Shown here piece after piece: positions 37,207-48,343 of a stretch of 64,000 bases of DNA (the first letter of the stretch is position 1; each line of letters opens with the position of its first letter). The DNA is from a virus. Taxonomy: Duplodnaviria; Caudoviricetes. Both the position numbers and the translations under genes were made by a program. The stretch is from positions 37,277 to 101,276 of the IMG/VR virus record IMGVR_UViG_2627853856_000004. One strand, given 5' to 3'. Below the pieces are notes generated by a model. It saw nothing but the letters and a program-made list of their open reading frames with translations. It did no database searches and was not told the origin of the DNA.

Positions 37207-38832
37207 ATGAACCAGATGATTCCGATCCCGACCGACGACCCGTTGCAGATGGCGTGGTTCGATCGCAACGACCTCGGCAATGCCGAGCGGCTCGTGCGGA
37301 TCGCCGGCCGGCGTCTGTTGTGGGTCGAGGGCATTGGCTGGGTCGCCTATGACGGCAAGCGCTGGTCGGCGCGCGAGGGCGATCGGCGCGCCCGCCAATT
37401 CGCTCATGACGTCGCGCGCCATGTCGATCAGGAGGCGGTGGCGCTCGACAAGATCGCGAACAATGCCTCCGCGCTCAAGGATGCCTTCCCGTGGTTCGCC
37501 GGGATCGACGACGACGAGCTCAAGGCGCTGGTGCAGGAGCGGGTGATATCGCTGCGCAAGCATGCGGTGCAGAGCGGCAACGCCTCGGCCACCAACGCCA
37601 TGCTGTCGCAGGCCAAGACGCTGATCAACGCCGATCGCGAGGAGTTCGACCGCGACGCGCTGGCCTATAACGTCCAGAACGGGACGCTGCGTTTCCTGCT
37701 GTTCGGCGACAAGTGGATCGCTCGTCTCGACGATCATGATCCCGAAGACCGGCTGATGCAGATGGCGAACGTCCGCTACGAGCCCGGGGCGGTCAGCAAG
37801 GAATGGATCGAGCGCATGAAGCTCGTCCAGCCATCGGAGGATCAGCGCGAGCTGCTGCAGCAGGCCTATGGCTATAGTCTGACCGGGCTCACGTCCGAAC
37901 AGAAGTGGTTTCTGTTTCAGGGCAAGGGCGGCGACGGCAAGTCGGCGACCGACGACATTATCTTCGACATTCACGGCGACTATGCGCGCCACGCCGAGAT
38001 CACGACGTTCCTCGCCGGCGCGCAAAAGAGCGGATCGGATCATAGCAGCGACATGGCGCGGCTCGCGGGCGATATCCGCTTCGTGCTGTGCGAGGAGCCG
38101 CCCGAAAATTGCACGTGGAACGGACAGCGGCTCAAGCAGGTGACCGGCAGCATGGTGACGGCCCGGCCGATGCGCGAGGCGGAAATCGAGTTCCGGCCGC
38201 GCTGGAAGCTGTTCGTGGAGGTCAACCCGCTGCCGGCGGTGCCGAACGACGATGACGGCTTCTGGCGACGCGTGGTGCTCATCCCCTGGTCCTTCCAGTT
38301 CGACAAGAAGGGCTCGGTTGCGTCCGAGCCGATGGAGCTGCTCAAGGCGCGGCTGCTCAAAAATGCCAGCGGGATCTTCAATTGGATGGTCGAGGGCACG
38401 CTCAAATGGCTTGAGACGCGCCGCCTGCCGATATCGGCCGCGGCGACCGAGGCGGTCGAGAATTACCGCAGCACGGCCAGCCCGTTCGGCGAATGGCTGA
38501 CCGATCGGTGCGACACGAGCGATCGCGACGCCATGACGCCGTCGGGTGCGCTGTACGAGGATTTCAAAGCGTGGTGCGAGGCATCGAGCATCGAGCCGAT
38601 CAAGCAGGCCAATTTCGGCCGGAAGCTGCGCAACCGCCAGCATCTGGAAAAGAAGGACGGCAAGGGCAAGCGGTTCCGCCGCGGCATACGGCTGCTGGCC
38701 GACGGCGTTGGGGGTGCCCTGGGCGCTGCCGCCGCCACCGCCGGGCCTGCTGCCCCCCAGCCTGTAGAGCATCCTGGGGCGGGTGGTCGGGCGTCGGGCG
38801 GCACGCCCGAAGGCGATTACGACCCCTTCTGA
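37207..38832 (+). CDS. P4/D5-family primase-helicase
   Basis: DLGNAERL, GKGGDGKS, LKQVTG, DDGFWRR, C-terminal winged helix. Confidence 0.92.
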   Translation: MNQMIPIPTDDPLQMAWFDRNDLGNAERLVRIAGRRLLWVEGIGWVAYDGKRWSAREGDRRARQFAHDVARHVDQEAVALDKIANNASALKDAFPWFAGIDDDELKALVQERVISLRKHAVQSGNASATNAMLSQAKTLINADREEFDRDALAYNVQNGTLRFLLFGDKWIARLDDHDPEDRLMQMANVRYEPGAVSKEWIERMKLVQPSEDQRELLQQAYGYSLTGLTSEQKWFLFQGKGGDGKSATDDIIFDIHGDYARHAEITTFLAGAQKSGSDHSSDMARLAGDIRFVLCEEPPENCTWNGQRLKQVTGSMVTARPMREAEIEFRPRWKLFVEVNPLPAVPNDDDGFWRRVVLIPWSFQFDKKGSVASEPMELLKARLLKNASGIFNWMVEGTLKWLETRRLPISAAATEAVENYRSTASPFGEWLTDRCDTSDRDAMTPSGALYEDFKAWCEASSIEPIKQANFGRKLRNRQHLEKKDGKGKRFRRGIRLLADGVGGALGAAAATAGPAAPQPVEHPGAGGRASGGTPEGDYDPF

Positions 38833-39088
38833 TACGGCGGGTTACGGCGGGTTTGGGCCGATATTGGCCCGGTGAAAGGGCGCGGCGGCGCAGGTGAGCG
38901 CGGGTGGTACGGCGGATTTGATGGCGGGTTACGGCGGGTTGATTTGGCAAAGCCGCCGTTAGCTAAGCCGCTGAAATGTAAGGCGATACGGCGGGTTACG
39001 GCGGGTACGGCGGGTTTTCGGCAAGTTGGCGGGTTCAGGCGGGTGCCTGCCTGCATGTGCGCGAGGTCATGGGGTGTAACCCGCCGTA
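38833..39088. repeat. iteron-like repeats, putative replication origin
   Basis: TACGGCGGG at 38833, 38843, 38930, 38987, 38997 and 39006; inverted copy at 39080. Confidence 0.7.
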
Positions 39089-39113
39089 CTCGCCGTTCTT
39101 ATGGGTAAGGTGG

Positions 39114-39611
39114 ATGATGATTGAAAATCAAATAGAAGATGGGTTCATGACCTTTACTGTTGTGGAGGAGCGCTTGGTCGCGGCCATGGCCGTGCTGTGG
39201 CGGTCCGGCGACCGCGAGCGGGCATGGCTGCGCGGCTCGACCCTACCGATCTGGCGCGAGGTGGTGGCGGAGCATAAGGACGCATCGCCCGACGACGCGG
39301 CGATCGTCACCTGCGCGCTGACGCGGGTCGAGGTGATGGACGCCGACGAGGCGATGGGCTGGGTCGCCGCCTGGGTGCCCTCAGGCCCGACCCGGCGGGT
39401 CGTGGGCGTGGTGCTGTCCTATCTCGCATCGGGCAACCCGCGCGCGGACTGGCCGACCATATGGGCGCGCATGGGCGGCAAGGCGGGTGGGTGGACGACC
39501 GAGGGTTTGCGCAAGCGCTATGGCCGGTCGATCACCATCATCTGCGAGAAGCTGAACGCCAAGCGTTCCGGGGGGTTAAGTGTGTCAACGTGCAAAATCG
39601 ACAGGCCATGA
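39114..39611 (+). CDS. putative late-gene regulator
   Basis: VEERLVAAM...EAMGW...LRKRY; lies before the packaging module. Confidence 0.55.
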   Translation: MMIENQIEDGFMTFTVVEERLVAAMAVLWRSGDRERAWLRGSTLPIWREVVAEHKDASPDDAAIVTCALTRVEVMDADEAMGWVAAWVPSGPTRRVVGVVLSYLASGNPRADWPTIWARMGGKAGGWTTEGLRKRYGRSITIICEKLNAKRSGGLSVSTCKIDRP

Positions 39612-39758
39612 AATTTTGCATGTCCGTCTCAAGGGGTAAATGAGCATATATATCGAGATGTTCGGGGAACCCCCATGGCGGCGCTTCGAACATCCTCTCT
39701 GAACCTTCACCGCGCCCGCCTCGTATCCCTGCGAGGCGGGCGCGGTGCGTTGTGGGCC

Positions 39759-40151
39759 ATGATCGTGAGCAAGCTGGCGCGTCTCCCTTCGAGGCTTGCC
39801 TCCCTGCCGTACCGACTGGCTGCGATGCCGGACGATCGGAAGGAGCGGCAACGGTTTCGAGATGCCCAGCATTGGCGGGCATGGTATAAGACGAAGCGGT
39901 GGCAGGATCTGCGATGGGCGACGTTGCTCCGCGATCTGTTCACCTGTCAGCGATGCAAGCGGGTCGAGGCCGACACGTCGCAGCTCGTCGCGGATCACCG
40001 CAAGGCGCATCGCGGCGACGAGACCCTGTTCTGGGATCCGGGCAACCTGTGGACGCTGTGCAAGCGGTGCCACGACAGCTGGAAGCAGAGGCAGGAGCGG
40101 TCGGGGAAGGCCGACGGGAACGACGGGCCGATCGGTCACGACGGGGGCTGA
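39759..40151 (+). CDS. HNH endonuclease (packaging-associated)
   Basis: RDLFTCQRC...ADH...NLWTLCKRCH. Confidence 0.9.
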   Translation: MIVSKLARLPSRLASLPYRLAAMPDDRKERQRFRDAQHWRAWYKTKRWQDLRWATLLRDLFTCQRCKRVEADTSQLVADHRKAHRGDETLFWDPGNLWTLCKRCHDSWKQRQERSGKADGNDGPIGHDGG

Positions 40152-40202
40152 CCCTCGGGGGTGATCGATCGGCCCGACCCTCGGCGCGCAACATTGTTGC
40201 GC

Positions 40203-40277
40203 AAGGGGGGGGTGGTCGAAAGTCCGGAAGGCCCCATGCCGCTAGACCGCAACGGGTCTCATTTGGAGATTTTTTTC
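40203..40277. other. putative cos region
   Basis: G-run/AAAGT and T-run between HNH and terS, the usual position in HNH-cos phages. Confidence 0.4.
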
Positions 40278-40748
40278 GTGGGCGCTGAGTTTTTCGACCT
40301 GCTCGGGGATCCGATCCCGCCGGAGCACGTGGGAAGGGGTCGACCGCCGCACGTCGTCACCGACGAAAAACGCTTTAAAGTCATGTTGTTACTGGCGCTC
40401 GAAAAAACAGAGGCCGAGGTGGCGGCGGCGATCGGCATCTCGGACAAGACGCTGCGGAAACATTATTCCCGTCAGCTCAAGGTTCGGGATGACGCGCGGC
40501 TCCGGCTCGAAGGTGAGATCTGGAAGACGGTCGCGATGAAGGCCGCGACAGGTGACACCGGCGCGATCAGGGAGCTTAACCGGATGCTCGACAAGCATGA
40601 TCAGGTCCGGCTGTCGAAGTCGATCGCCCAGCGCCCGCCGTCCGAGGAGAAGGCTTCGCCGCTGGGCAAGAAGGAAAAGGCGCGGCAGGCTGCGCATGAG
40701 GTCGATGGCATGTACGCTCCGCCTGCGGCCCCGAACCAGATCAACTAA
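40278..40748 (+). CDS. terminase small subunit
   Basis: GRPPH...[12 protein letters not shown]...LGKKE; precedes terL. Confidence 0.75.
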   Translation: MGAEFFDLLGDPIPPEHVGRGRPPHVVTDEKRFKVMLLLALEKTEAEVAAAIGISDKTLRKHYSRQLKVRDDARLRLEGEIWKTVAMKAATGDTGAIRELNRMLDKHDQVRLSKSIAQRPPSEEKASPLGKKEKARQAAHEVDGMYAPPAAPNQIN

Positions 40749-42508
40749 TGAAGCCGCCCGTCTGGTCGACTGCCTGCGTCGATTGGCGCGAGCGGATTAT
40801 CGACCGTAGATCCCTGGTGCCGTTCGCGCCGTTGTTTCCGGACGAGGCGGAGGCATCACTCGCCGTCTTCAAGTCGCTGCGCATTATCGATCTGCCGGGC
40901 CATCCGACGTTCGGGGAGGTGTCCGAGCCGTTCGTGTTCGACTTCGTCGCCGCGATCTTCGGGGCCTATGATGCGTCGACCGGGCGGCGGCTAATTCGCG
41001 AATTCATGCTGCTGATCAGCAAGAAGAATTCGAAGTCGACCATTGCCGCCGGGATCATGATCACGGCTCTGATCCGGAACTGGCGTTACGCGGCTGAGTT
41101 GCTGGTGCTAGCGCCGACGAAGGAGGTCGCGAACAACGTATTCACCCCGGCCGTCGGGATGGTGCATCTCGATCCGAAGCTGAGCAATCTGCTCCACGTC
41201 GTCGAGAATCAGCGGACGATCAAGCATAGGGTCACCAAGGCCGAGATGAAGGTCGTCGCCGCCGATAGCGATATCGTGTCGGGCAAAAAGGCCGCTTTCG
41301 TTTTAGTCGAGGAGTTGTGGCTGTTCGGGAAGAAGCCCAACGCCAAGAACATGCTGATGGAGGCGACCGGCGGTCTGGTCTCCCGGCCCGAGGGGTTCGT
41401 CGTCTATTTGTCGACGCACAGCGACGAGACGCCGGCGGGGGTATTCAAGGAGAAGCTGGGCAAGTTCCGCGCGATCCGCGACGGGTTGATCGTCGATCGA
41501 CGCAAGCTCGGGATGCTCTACGAATGGCCGGAGGACATGCTCGAATCCGAGGCATATCTCGATCCGAAGAACTTCTACGTCACCAACCCCAACATCGGCC
41601 GATCTGTCGATGAAGAATGGCTGGAGGAAAATCTAGCCGAGGCGGTCAGGGATGAGGGCGAGGGCCTGCAGGTCTTTCTCGCCAAGCACCTGAACGTCGA
41701 GATCGGGCTCCGGCTGAGCGGTACGCGGTGGCGCGGCGCCGATCATTGGGAAAAGGCCCGCTCCACGTCGCTGACCGGGCTCGACGAGCTGCTGAACCGC
41801 GCGGAGGTCGTGACGATCGGCATCGACGGCGGCGGCCTTGATGACATGTTCGGCCTGGTCGTCATGGGCCGTTGCGCGACGACCAAGCGGTGGATGATCT
41901 GGGCGAAGGCCTGGATTTTCCCGTCGGTTCTCAAACTGCGCAAGGAAATCGCCGACCGGCTGCAGGATTTCATCGCCGACGGCGATCTGGTGCTGTGCGA
42001 GGAGGGAGGGCGCGTCGACAGCCAAGAAGACGGCGACGACGACCTTGATGTCGACGACGAGCCTAATCAGGACATCAGGGAGGTCGCCGACATCATCGAG
42101 ATGATCGAGGGGCGGGGCCTCCTACCGAAAGAATATGCAGTCGGCGTCGATCCGGCCGGCATCACGGATCTGATCGACGAGGTCATGGGCCGCGAAGCCT
42201 TCAAGGATCGCGAACGACTGATGGTGCCGATTAGCCAGGGCTGGCGGCTCAACCCGGATATCAAAGGCTCCGAGCGGAAGCTGAAACACGGGAAGATAAT
42301 CCATTGCGGACAGCCGTTGATGGGCTGGTGCGTCAGTAACGCGAAGGCAGAGCAGCGCGGCAACGCCGTGTCTATCACGAAAGAAAAGGCGGGGACGGCC
42401 AAGATCGACCCGGTCATTGCGATGTTCAACGCGCATCATCTGATGGCGCGGAATCCGATGGCCGAAGGGCCTTCCGTTTACGCAGGTCGCGGCCTGCTCG
42501 TCATGTGA
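40748..42508 (+). CDS. terL: terminase large subunit
   Basis: [30 protein letters not shown]. Confidence 0.93.
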   Translation: MKPPVWSTACVDWRERIIDRRSLVPFAPLFPDEAEASLAVFKSLRIIDLPGHPTFGEVSEPFVFDFVAAIFGAYDASTGRRLIREFMLLISKKNSKSTIAAGIMITALIRNWRYAAELLVLAPTKEVANNVFTPAVGMVHLDPKLSNLLHVVENQRTIKHRVTKAEMKVVAADSDIVSGKKAAFVLVEELWLFGKKPNAKNMLMEATGGLVSRPEGFVVYLSTHSDETPAGVFKEKLGKFRAIRDGLIVDRRKLGMLYEWPEDMLESEAYLDPKNFYVTNPNIGRSVDEEWLEENLAEAVRDEGEGLQVFLAKHLNVEIGLRLSGTRWRGADHWEKARSTSLTGLDELLNRAEVVTIGIDGGGLDDMFGLVVMGRCATTKRWMIWAKAWIFPSVLKLRKEIADRLQDFIADGDLVLCEEGGRVDSQEDGDDDLDVDDEPNQDIREVADIIEMIEGRGLLPKEYAVGVDPAGITDLIDEVMGREAFKDRERLMVPISQGWRLNPDIKGSERKLKHGKIIHCGQPLMGWCVSNAKAEQRGNAVSITKEKAGTAKIDPVIAMFNAHHLMARNPMAEGPSVYAGRGLLVM

Positions 42509-42514
42509 GGTTGT

Positions 42515-43822
42515 ATGGGTTTGCTCGATATTTTTCGCCGCAGCCCGGACGCCGGCGCTCGCTCGCCCGCGGCATGGCCTGTTGCGGCGACTGGTATGTC
42601 GATCGCCACCACGCCCGAGCAGCTCGAACAGTTTCTTCGCGAGGGCGGCGGGGCGGAGACCATGAGCGGCGAATATGTCACGCCGCGCACCGCGATGGGC
42701 ATTGCGGCGGTGTATCGTTGCGTTACCCTTATCAGCGGTGCCGTGGCGACGATGCCGCTGCACCTTAAGCGCCGGGTCGATGAGCGGACGCGCCAAGATG
42801 CCTCCGACCATCCGCTGTGGGAGGTGCTGCGTCGTCGGCCGAACAGATGGCAGACGCCGTCACAGTTCCGCCGGCAGATACAGTCACAGGCGCTGTTCCG
42901 CGGCATGGGCTATGCGATGAAGGTCCGGAGCGGAAAGTCGGTCGTCGCGCTGATCCCGCTTCACCCTGATCGGGTGCGAACCGAGCAAATCGCCGATTAT
43001 TCGTTAGAGCATGTCTATACCCGCACTGACGGGAGCCAGATCACGATCCCCCAACGGGATATGTTCAATCTGGTCGGCATGTCGCTTGACGGCGTCCGCG
43101 GCCTATCTGTGCTGACATGTGCGCGCGAGACTATCGGCGCAGCGATCGCGATGCGGTCGCACGGTGCGACTCTGTTCCGGAACGGCACCAGCCTGGGCGG
43201 CGTCTTGAAGCATCCGGGCAAGCTCGGCACCGATGGGCAGGAAACGCTGCGGGCCAGCCTCGAAGCGTATCGAGGCACGGAAAACGCCGGCAAGAACCTG
43301 ATCCTTGAAGAGGGGATGGCGTACGAGCGGCTCGGTATGAGCAACGCCGACGCGGAGTTCATCGCCTCGCGTGCCTTCGAAGACAAGCATATCTACATGT
43401 TCTTCGGGGTGCCGCCGCACATGGCGGGCGACACGACCGGCAGCACGAGTTGGGGCTCCGGTATCGAAATGCAGACCTTGGGGTTTCAGGCTTATACTCT
43501 CGAAGACTGGCTCACGACCTGGGAAGAAACGATCACGCGCGACTGTCTCGACGGCGAAGATCCGAAGCTATTTCCCTGGTTCAACCGCGCCGCTGCGGTG
43601 AAAAATGACATCAAGACGCGAACGGCCTCCTACAGCGCGGGTCGCGCCGGCGGGTGGCTGTCGAAGAACGACATTCGCGGTTTCGAAAACATGAACCCGA
43701 TCGAAGGTGGGGACGACTATGACGCGCCGCTCAATTCCAACGTCAAGCCCGATGCTGCCGGTGACGAAGACGCCGCCAATGGCTCCGGTGGGAAAGATCC
43801 CGATGTCCCGCCCAAGCGATAG
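42515..43822 (+). CDS. HK97-family portal protein
   Basis: AVYRCVTLIS...HPL...RPNRWQT...ILEEGM...FGVPPH. Confidence 0.95.
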   Translation: MGLLDIFRRSPDAGARSPAAWPVAATGMSIATTPEQLEQFLREGGGAETMSGEYVTPRTAMGIAAVYRCVTLISGAVATMPLHLKRRVDERTRQDASDHPLWEVLRRRPNRWQTPSQFRRQIQSQALFRGMGYAMKVRSGKSVVALIPLHPDRVRTEQIADYSLEHVYTRTDGSQITIPQRDMFNLVGMSLDGVRGLSVLTCARETIGAAIAMRSHGATLFRNGTSLGGVLKHPGKLGTDGQETLRASLEAYRGTENAGKNLILEEGMAYERLGMSNADAEFIASRAFEDKHIYMFFGVPPHMAGDTTGSTSWGSGIEMQTLGFQAYTLEDWLTTWEETITRDCLDGEDPKLFPWFNRAAAVKNDIKTRTASYSAGRAGGWLSKNDIRGFENMNPIEGGDDYDAPLNSNVKPDAAGDEDAANGSGGKDPDVPPKR

Positions 43823-44687
43823 GCGCGTTTTCGCGCGCGAGCGGCCCGGCGCCATTCAGGTGCCGGGCGATCGCAAGGTGTCGGCCTTCACGCCTGCCAG
43901 CGTGATAGATCGCTGGAACGCTGATGCGGCAGGCGTCCGGGCGGTCGCCGCGGGGGACCATGTCATCACAATGTTCGACGTGATCGGCGAAGATTGGTGG
44001 ACCGGTGGCGGGGTCACCGCGAAGAAGGTCACATCGCAGCTTCGCGCCATCGGCGAGCGGCCGGTCGAGGTCCAGATCAATTCACTTGGCGGCGACATGT
44101 TCGAAGGGCTGGCGATTTATAACGTCCTGCGCGAGCATCCGCAGCCAATCACGGTGAAGATCATGGGCATGGCGGCGTCCGCTGCCTCAATCATCGCGAT
44201 GGCCGGCGACACGGTCCAGATCGGCGCGGCGTCCTTCCTGATGATCCATAATTGCTGGGTAGTGGCCGCTGGAAACCGTCACGAATTCCGTGAGGTCGCC
44301 GATTGGATGGAGCCGTTCGACCGCGCTATGTCGGACGTCTACGCCGCGCGGAGTGGTCAGAAGCAGACCGATATCGCGGCGTGGATGGATGCCGAATCCT
44401 ATATGTCGGGGAGCCTCGCGATCGAGCGGGGCTTCGCCGACGAGTTACTCCCGGCCGATCAGATCACCGCCGACGATAACGCTCAGGCGGATGATCGCCG
44501 GGTGAACGATCTTCGCGCCATGGAGCTGATGCTCGTTTCCGGCGGGATGACGCGCAGCGATGCGCGCGCCCGCATATCCAAGATCAAGGGCACGCCGGGC
44601 GCTGCCCCTGAAAACGCCACGCCGGGCGCTGGCGATACCGAATGGCTCGGCGCTGCCGCCGCGCTCCTCAAGACACTACGCTCCTAG
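43803..44687 (+). CDS. ClpP-like head maturation protease
   Basis: INSLGGDMFEG...AASAAS...LMIHN...GFAD. Confidence 0.93.
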   Translation: MSRPSDRRVFARERPGAIQVPGDRKVSAFTPASVIDRWNADAAGVRAVAAGDHVITMFDVIGEDWWTGGGVTAKKVTSQLRAIGERPVEVQINSLGGDMFEGLAIYNVLREHPQPITVKIMGMAASAASIIAMAGDTVQIGAASFLMIHNCWVVAAGNRHEFREVADWMEPFDRAMSDVYAARSGQKQTDIAAWMDAESYMSGSLAIERGFADELLPADQITADDNAQADDRRVNDLRAMELMLVSGGMTRSDARARISKIKGTPGAAPENATPGAGDTEWLGAAAALLKTLRS

Positions 44688-44699
44688 AAAGGAAGCAGC

Positions 44700-45974
44700 A
44701 TGAAGACCGCAAATATCCTCGCTCTCGCGGGGGCGACGGCGCTCGCCTCCGCTCCACGTGCCGTGATGGCTCGACCCCGCGCCGAAGTGCCGACCGACCC
44801 CAAGGCCCTTTTCGAGCAGCTCAACACGGCTGTTACCGCCATGCGTGAGAAGGTCGACGCCACGGGGCAGAAGGTCGATGCTCTCGATGTCGAGGCTCTC
44901 AACAAGATCAACGCAACCGTCGGCGAGCTGCAGAAGGCGCTCAACGACTCGAACGAACAGATCGCCGCGTTGAAGCTCGGCGGACCCGGCGACGGCAAGA
45001 TGTCCGCCAAAGACAAGGAGCATGTCGCCGCGTTCAACGACTTCACCCGGTCGGGCAAGATCGAGGCTCGGGGCGCAACCTTTTCCGATCCTGATGGCGG
45101 CTTCCTCACGCCGAAGCAGGTCGACACGTCGATCTCGCGCATCCTGGGCAAGACGGTGGCTATGCGCCGCATGTCGACCGTGATGTCGATCTCCGGCGAC
45201 ACCTATGTCAAGCACAAGGGTCTCGGCGGTGCTTCCTCGGGCTGGGTCGGTGAGGGCGACGCGCGCGGCGAGACGAACACGCCGCAGCTCGCCCGCCTCG
45301 AATTCGCAACCGGCGAACTGTATGCGGAGCCTGCGGCAACGCAGAAGTTCCTCGACGACTCGGTCGCGGATGTCGAATCCTGGTATGCCGAAGAAGTCGG
45401 CATTGAGTTTGCCGAGAAGGAAGGCGCTGCGTTCGTGAGCGGCGACGGCATCAAGAAGCCGCGCGGCTTCCTGAGCTATGCACCAATCGCCAACGCCAAC
45501 TATGCCTGGGGAAAGGTCGGTTTCGTCAAGAGCGGCCACGCTACGGCTTTTCCGGCCGCCGGTGCGGGCGTGAACCCGGCCGATTGCTTCATCGATCTGG
45601 TGCATGCGCTCAAGGCGGGATACCGACAGGAGGCGTCGTTCCTGATGAACGATCTCACCCTCGCCGAGGTGCGCAAGCTCAAGGACTCGGAAGGTCGCTG
45701 GATCTGGCAGCCGTCGTTGCAGGTCGACAAGCCTGAACTGCTCCTCGGCAAGGCGGTCGACACCGACGACAATATGCCCGACCTCGGCGCCGGGGCGTTC
45801 CCCGTTGCCTTCGCCGACTTCAAGCGCGCTTATCTTATTGTCGAGCGGCTCGGCCTCCGCGTTCTCCGCAACCCTTATAAGACCAACGGCGTCGTGTTCT
45901 TCTACACGACCAAGCGGGTCGGCGGCGGAATTCAGAACTTCGAGGCGATGAAGCTTCTGAAAATCTCGGCGTAA
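44700..45974 (+). CDS. HK97-fold major capsid protein
   Basis: DGGFLTP...LDDS...FVSGDG..KPRG...KRVGG. Confidence 0.95.
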   Translation: MKTANILALAGATALASAPRAVMARPRAEVPTDPKALFEQLNTAVTAMREKVDATGQKVDALDVEALNKINATVGELQKALNDSNEQIAALKLGGPGDGKMSAKDKEHVAAFNDFTRSGKIEARGATFSDPDGGFLTPKQVDTSISRILGKTVAMRRMSTVMSISGDTYVKHKGLGGASSGWVGEGDARGETNTPQLARLEFATGELYAEPAATQKFLDDSVADVESWYAEEVGIEFAEKEGAAFVSGDGIKKPRGFLSYAPIANANYAWGKVGFVKSGHATAFPAAGAGVNPADCFIDLVHALKAGYRQEASFLMNDLTLAEVRKLKDSEGRWIWQPSLQVDKPELLLGKAVDTDDNMPDLGAGAFPVAFADFKRAYLIVERLGLRVLRNPYKTNGVVFFYTTKRVGGGIQNFEAMKLLKISA

Positions 45975-46077
45975 GCGCTTTGGAGCGGGCCTTCGGGTCC
46001 GCTCCATCCACATTCGGCGATCCGTCCGAATGCCCAGGGATCGGCCGCAGTGCCGGATCCGATATCACAGGTGACAC

Positions 46078-46488
46078 ATGAAAGACCTTTACAGCCGTAT
46101 CTCGGCGGATCGCGCGGTGTCGCCGGTCTCCGATGGCGACAATACCGCGCTCGTTTCGCAGATCATCGATCTGCAGGGCTATCATAGCCTTGTCTTCATC
46201 ATCGCAGCGGGTTCGCTTGCCGATGCCGATGCCACGTTCGCCGTGCTCGTCGAGGATGGCGAAACGAACAATCTTGCCGATGCAGCCGCCGTTGCTGACG
46301 GCTTCCTGCGCGGGACCGAGGCCGACGCCTCGTACACCTTCGCCGACGATAATGTCGTCAAGAAGATCGGCTATGTCGGCAACAAGCGTTACGTGCGCCT
46401 GACGATCACGCCGGCCAACAACGCCTCTGCGGCGCTGTTCAGCGCCGTCGCGATCAAGGGTGACGCCGAGCTGCAGCCGGCTGCGTAA
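46078..46488 (+). CDS. putative capsid decoration protein
   Basis: Follows the capsid gene; IDLQGY...KIGYVGNKRYVR. Confidence 0.6.
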   Translation: MKDLYSRISADRAVSPVSDGDNTALVSQIIDLQGYHSLVFIIAAGSLADADATFAVLVEDGETNNLADAAAVADGFLRGTEADASYTFADDNVVKKIGYVGNKRYVRLTITPANNASAALFSAVAIKGDAELQPAA

Positions 46489-46491
46489 TCA

Positions 46492-46521
46492 GGGCCGGGC
46501 TTCGGCCCGGCCTTTCTTCTT
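46492..46521 (+). terminator. intrinsic terminator
   Basis: GGCCGGGC-TTCG-GCCCGGCC followed by TTTCTTCTT. Confidence 0.7.
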
Positions 46522-46534
46522 TCCGGAGACGACG

Positions 46535-47083
46535 ATGCTGATCACGCTCGATGAAGCTCGGCAGCAGCTCGGCTTTGAGGATGGCGAGAATGAGGACGAC
46601 GATTTCGTCGGGGCGCTCATTGAGGCCGTCGCGCAGCATTTCGAAGGGTTTTACGGCATCGTCGCCGACCGGCGCGCGCGCGAGTTCGGGTTCGACCAGT
46701 TCGCCCGGCTGATGGTGATACCGTCGACGCCCGTCGACAGGGAGACCGTCGCAATAACCTATCTGGACGGCGCCGGCGCGGAGCAGGCGTTTGCCGATTT
46801 CCGCACCGCGCCGTTCGGCCGCTATCATGTCCGCTTGCTTCCCGCGATCGGCAAGGCTTGGCCGACGCCCGGTTGTGGTGATGGGGTGATCACGGTGGCG
46901 GCCACGGTGGGCTGGGCGACCGACGAGGATAGCAGCGAGGGCGTTCCCGCCGATCTCAAGGTCGCGGCGCGGATGATGCTCGCGCACTGGTACAATAACC
47001 GCGAGGCTTTCGGTGCTTCGCTGCAGGAAACGCCGGCAGGCGTCGACGCGCTGCTCGCGCCCTACAAGTTGGCGCGGGTCTGA
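46535..47083 (+). CDS. head-tail connector (gp6-like)
   Basis: ITLDEAR...VPADLK.A...AHWYNNRE. Confidence 0.85.
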   Translation: MLITLDEARQQLGFEDGENEDDDFVGALIEAVAQHFEGFYGIVADRRAREFGFDQFARLMVIPSTPVDRETVAITYLDGAGAEQAFADFRTAPFGRYHVRLLPAIGKAWPTPGCGDGVITVAATVGWATDEDSSEGVPADLKVAARMMLAHWYNNREAFGASLQETPAGVDALLAPYKLARV

Positions 47084-47403
47084 TGCAGGCCGGGAAGTAT
47101 AATCGCCGGATCGCGATATATCGGCCGGTCCCGGTTTCCGACGGCGTCGGCGGGCAGACAGAGGATTGGCGGCTTATCGGCCATCGGCGGGTGCGCGGCC
47201 GGCCGGTGGGCGGTTCGCAGAGCGATGTATCGGGGATGCTCGCCGATCAGCAAAGCTGGCGGATCGAGATGCGCAAAATGGATATCCGCACGGGATATCG
47301 CGTCGTCCTCGATGGCGCGCGTTACCGGGTGCGGTCGGCGGTGGATCCTGACGGTGGTCGTCGCGATCTGGTCGTGCTGATCGATATGGAGTTGCCGGAA
47401 TGA
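47083..47403 (+). CDS. head-tail adaptor/closure protein
   Basis: AGKYNRRI...DGVGG...W. Confidence 0.8.
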   Translation: MQAGKYNRRIAIYRPVPVSDGVGGQTEDWRLIGHRRVRGRPVGGSQSDVSGMLADQQSWRIEMRKMDIRTGYRVVLDGARYRVRSAVDPDGGRRDLVVLIDMELPE

Positions 47404-47879
47404 TCGGGGGAAAGTGGCTGGGCGTTCGCTCCACGCGACGCTTCCTCGCCAATATCGAGCCCGAGGCGCGGCGCGAGCTGAACGACGAGTTTCAGGCGAT
47501 CGGCGATCGGCTGTTGGGCAATGCCCTGGCCGAGACGCCACGTCGCTATGGCGGCCTCGTGTCGGCGATCCAGAAGCGCGTGACGATCGGCGCCAGCCTG
47601 ATCCTTCGTCTCGGTCTGCTGACCCGTCGGGCAAAGTCGGAATTCTTCTACGGCTATATTCTCGACCAGGGCCGACGCGCGGGCCGAGCGAACGCCGCGC
47701 GCGTGCGGAAAGACGGCACGGTCGAGCGCTATCTCGTCAATGTCGGGGCGATCGGCCGCAGCAAATATAATTTCGTGTTCGGCCGGCGCGCCGACTTCGA
47801 TGCAAATGAGTTGCCGCGTCTGCGTTCGATCTTCGACCGGATCCTGCGACGCGCTTCGGCGGGAGTGGGCAATGACTGA
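47400..47879 (+). CDS. HK97 gp10-like tail completion protein
   Basis: Gene order; P..YGGL...FYGYILDQG. Confidence 0.65.
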   Translation: MIGGKWLGVRSTRRFLANIEPEARRELNDEFQAIGDRLLGNALAETPRRYGGLVSAIQKRVTIGASLILRLGLLTRRAKSEFFYGYILDQGRRAGRANAARVRKDGTVERYLVNVGAIGRSKYNFVFGRRADFDANELPRLRSIFDRILRRASAGVGND

Positions 47880-48285
47880 TCCTGCGTCGATCGACTATGC
47901 GACGGCCTTGCAAAAGGCGACCTATGACCGGCTTTGTGCGCTGATCCCCGGCGGCAAGCGAACAGTATTCCAGCATGTGCCGGAGAAGACGCCACCGCCG
48001 GTCGTCATCATCGGCGACCTGCAGAGTGAGGCGCGCGGGGGAAAGGGCGACGTAGCCGACCGCTGGACGATGGTCGTGTTCGCGGTGACGATGGGGACGT
48101 CGCGGGCCGATAACTTTGCCTTGCAGACCAAGGTTCGTGCGGCGCTGGGCAACTGGAAGCCGGATGCAACCGACGATGTCTTCTTCGGGCGGTTCGACTG
48201 GCCGGCGACGGATACGAACCCGGTCCTGAAAGACAACATCTATTACGGCACGATCACGCTGAGCTCCACGACCGAGCCGGCCTGA
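47872..48285 (+). CDS. tail terminator (DUF3168-like)
   Basis: ALQKATYDRL...VFQHVP...PVVIIG. Confidence 0.7.
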   Translation: MTDPASIDYATALQKATYDRLCALIPGGKRTVFQHVPEKTPPPVVIIGDLQSEARGGKGDVADRWTMVVFAVTMGTSRADNFALQTKVRAALGNWKPDATDDVFFGRFDWPATDTNPVLKDNIYYGTITLSSTTEPA

Positions 48286-48343
48286 CCGCATCTGAAATTC
48301 GATGGAATGACGCCCGCGACGGTCGCGGGTGATGGAGGTGACT

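Noticed and set aside
37027-38772. Long antisense ORFs (581 aa here; also 34673-36148, 44676-46013 and 55799-57223)
   Set aside because: These are shadow ORFs opposite well-supported genes, an artefact of high-GC codon bias.
45981-46006. Hairpin TGGAGCGGGCCTTCGGGTCCGCTCCA ending like the tRNA-Gly acceptor end
   Set aside because: The TCCA is base-paired within a UUCG hairpin just after the capsid gene. An ordinary stabilising or terminator hairpin explains it.
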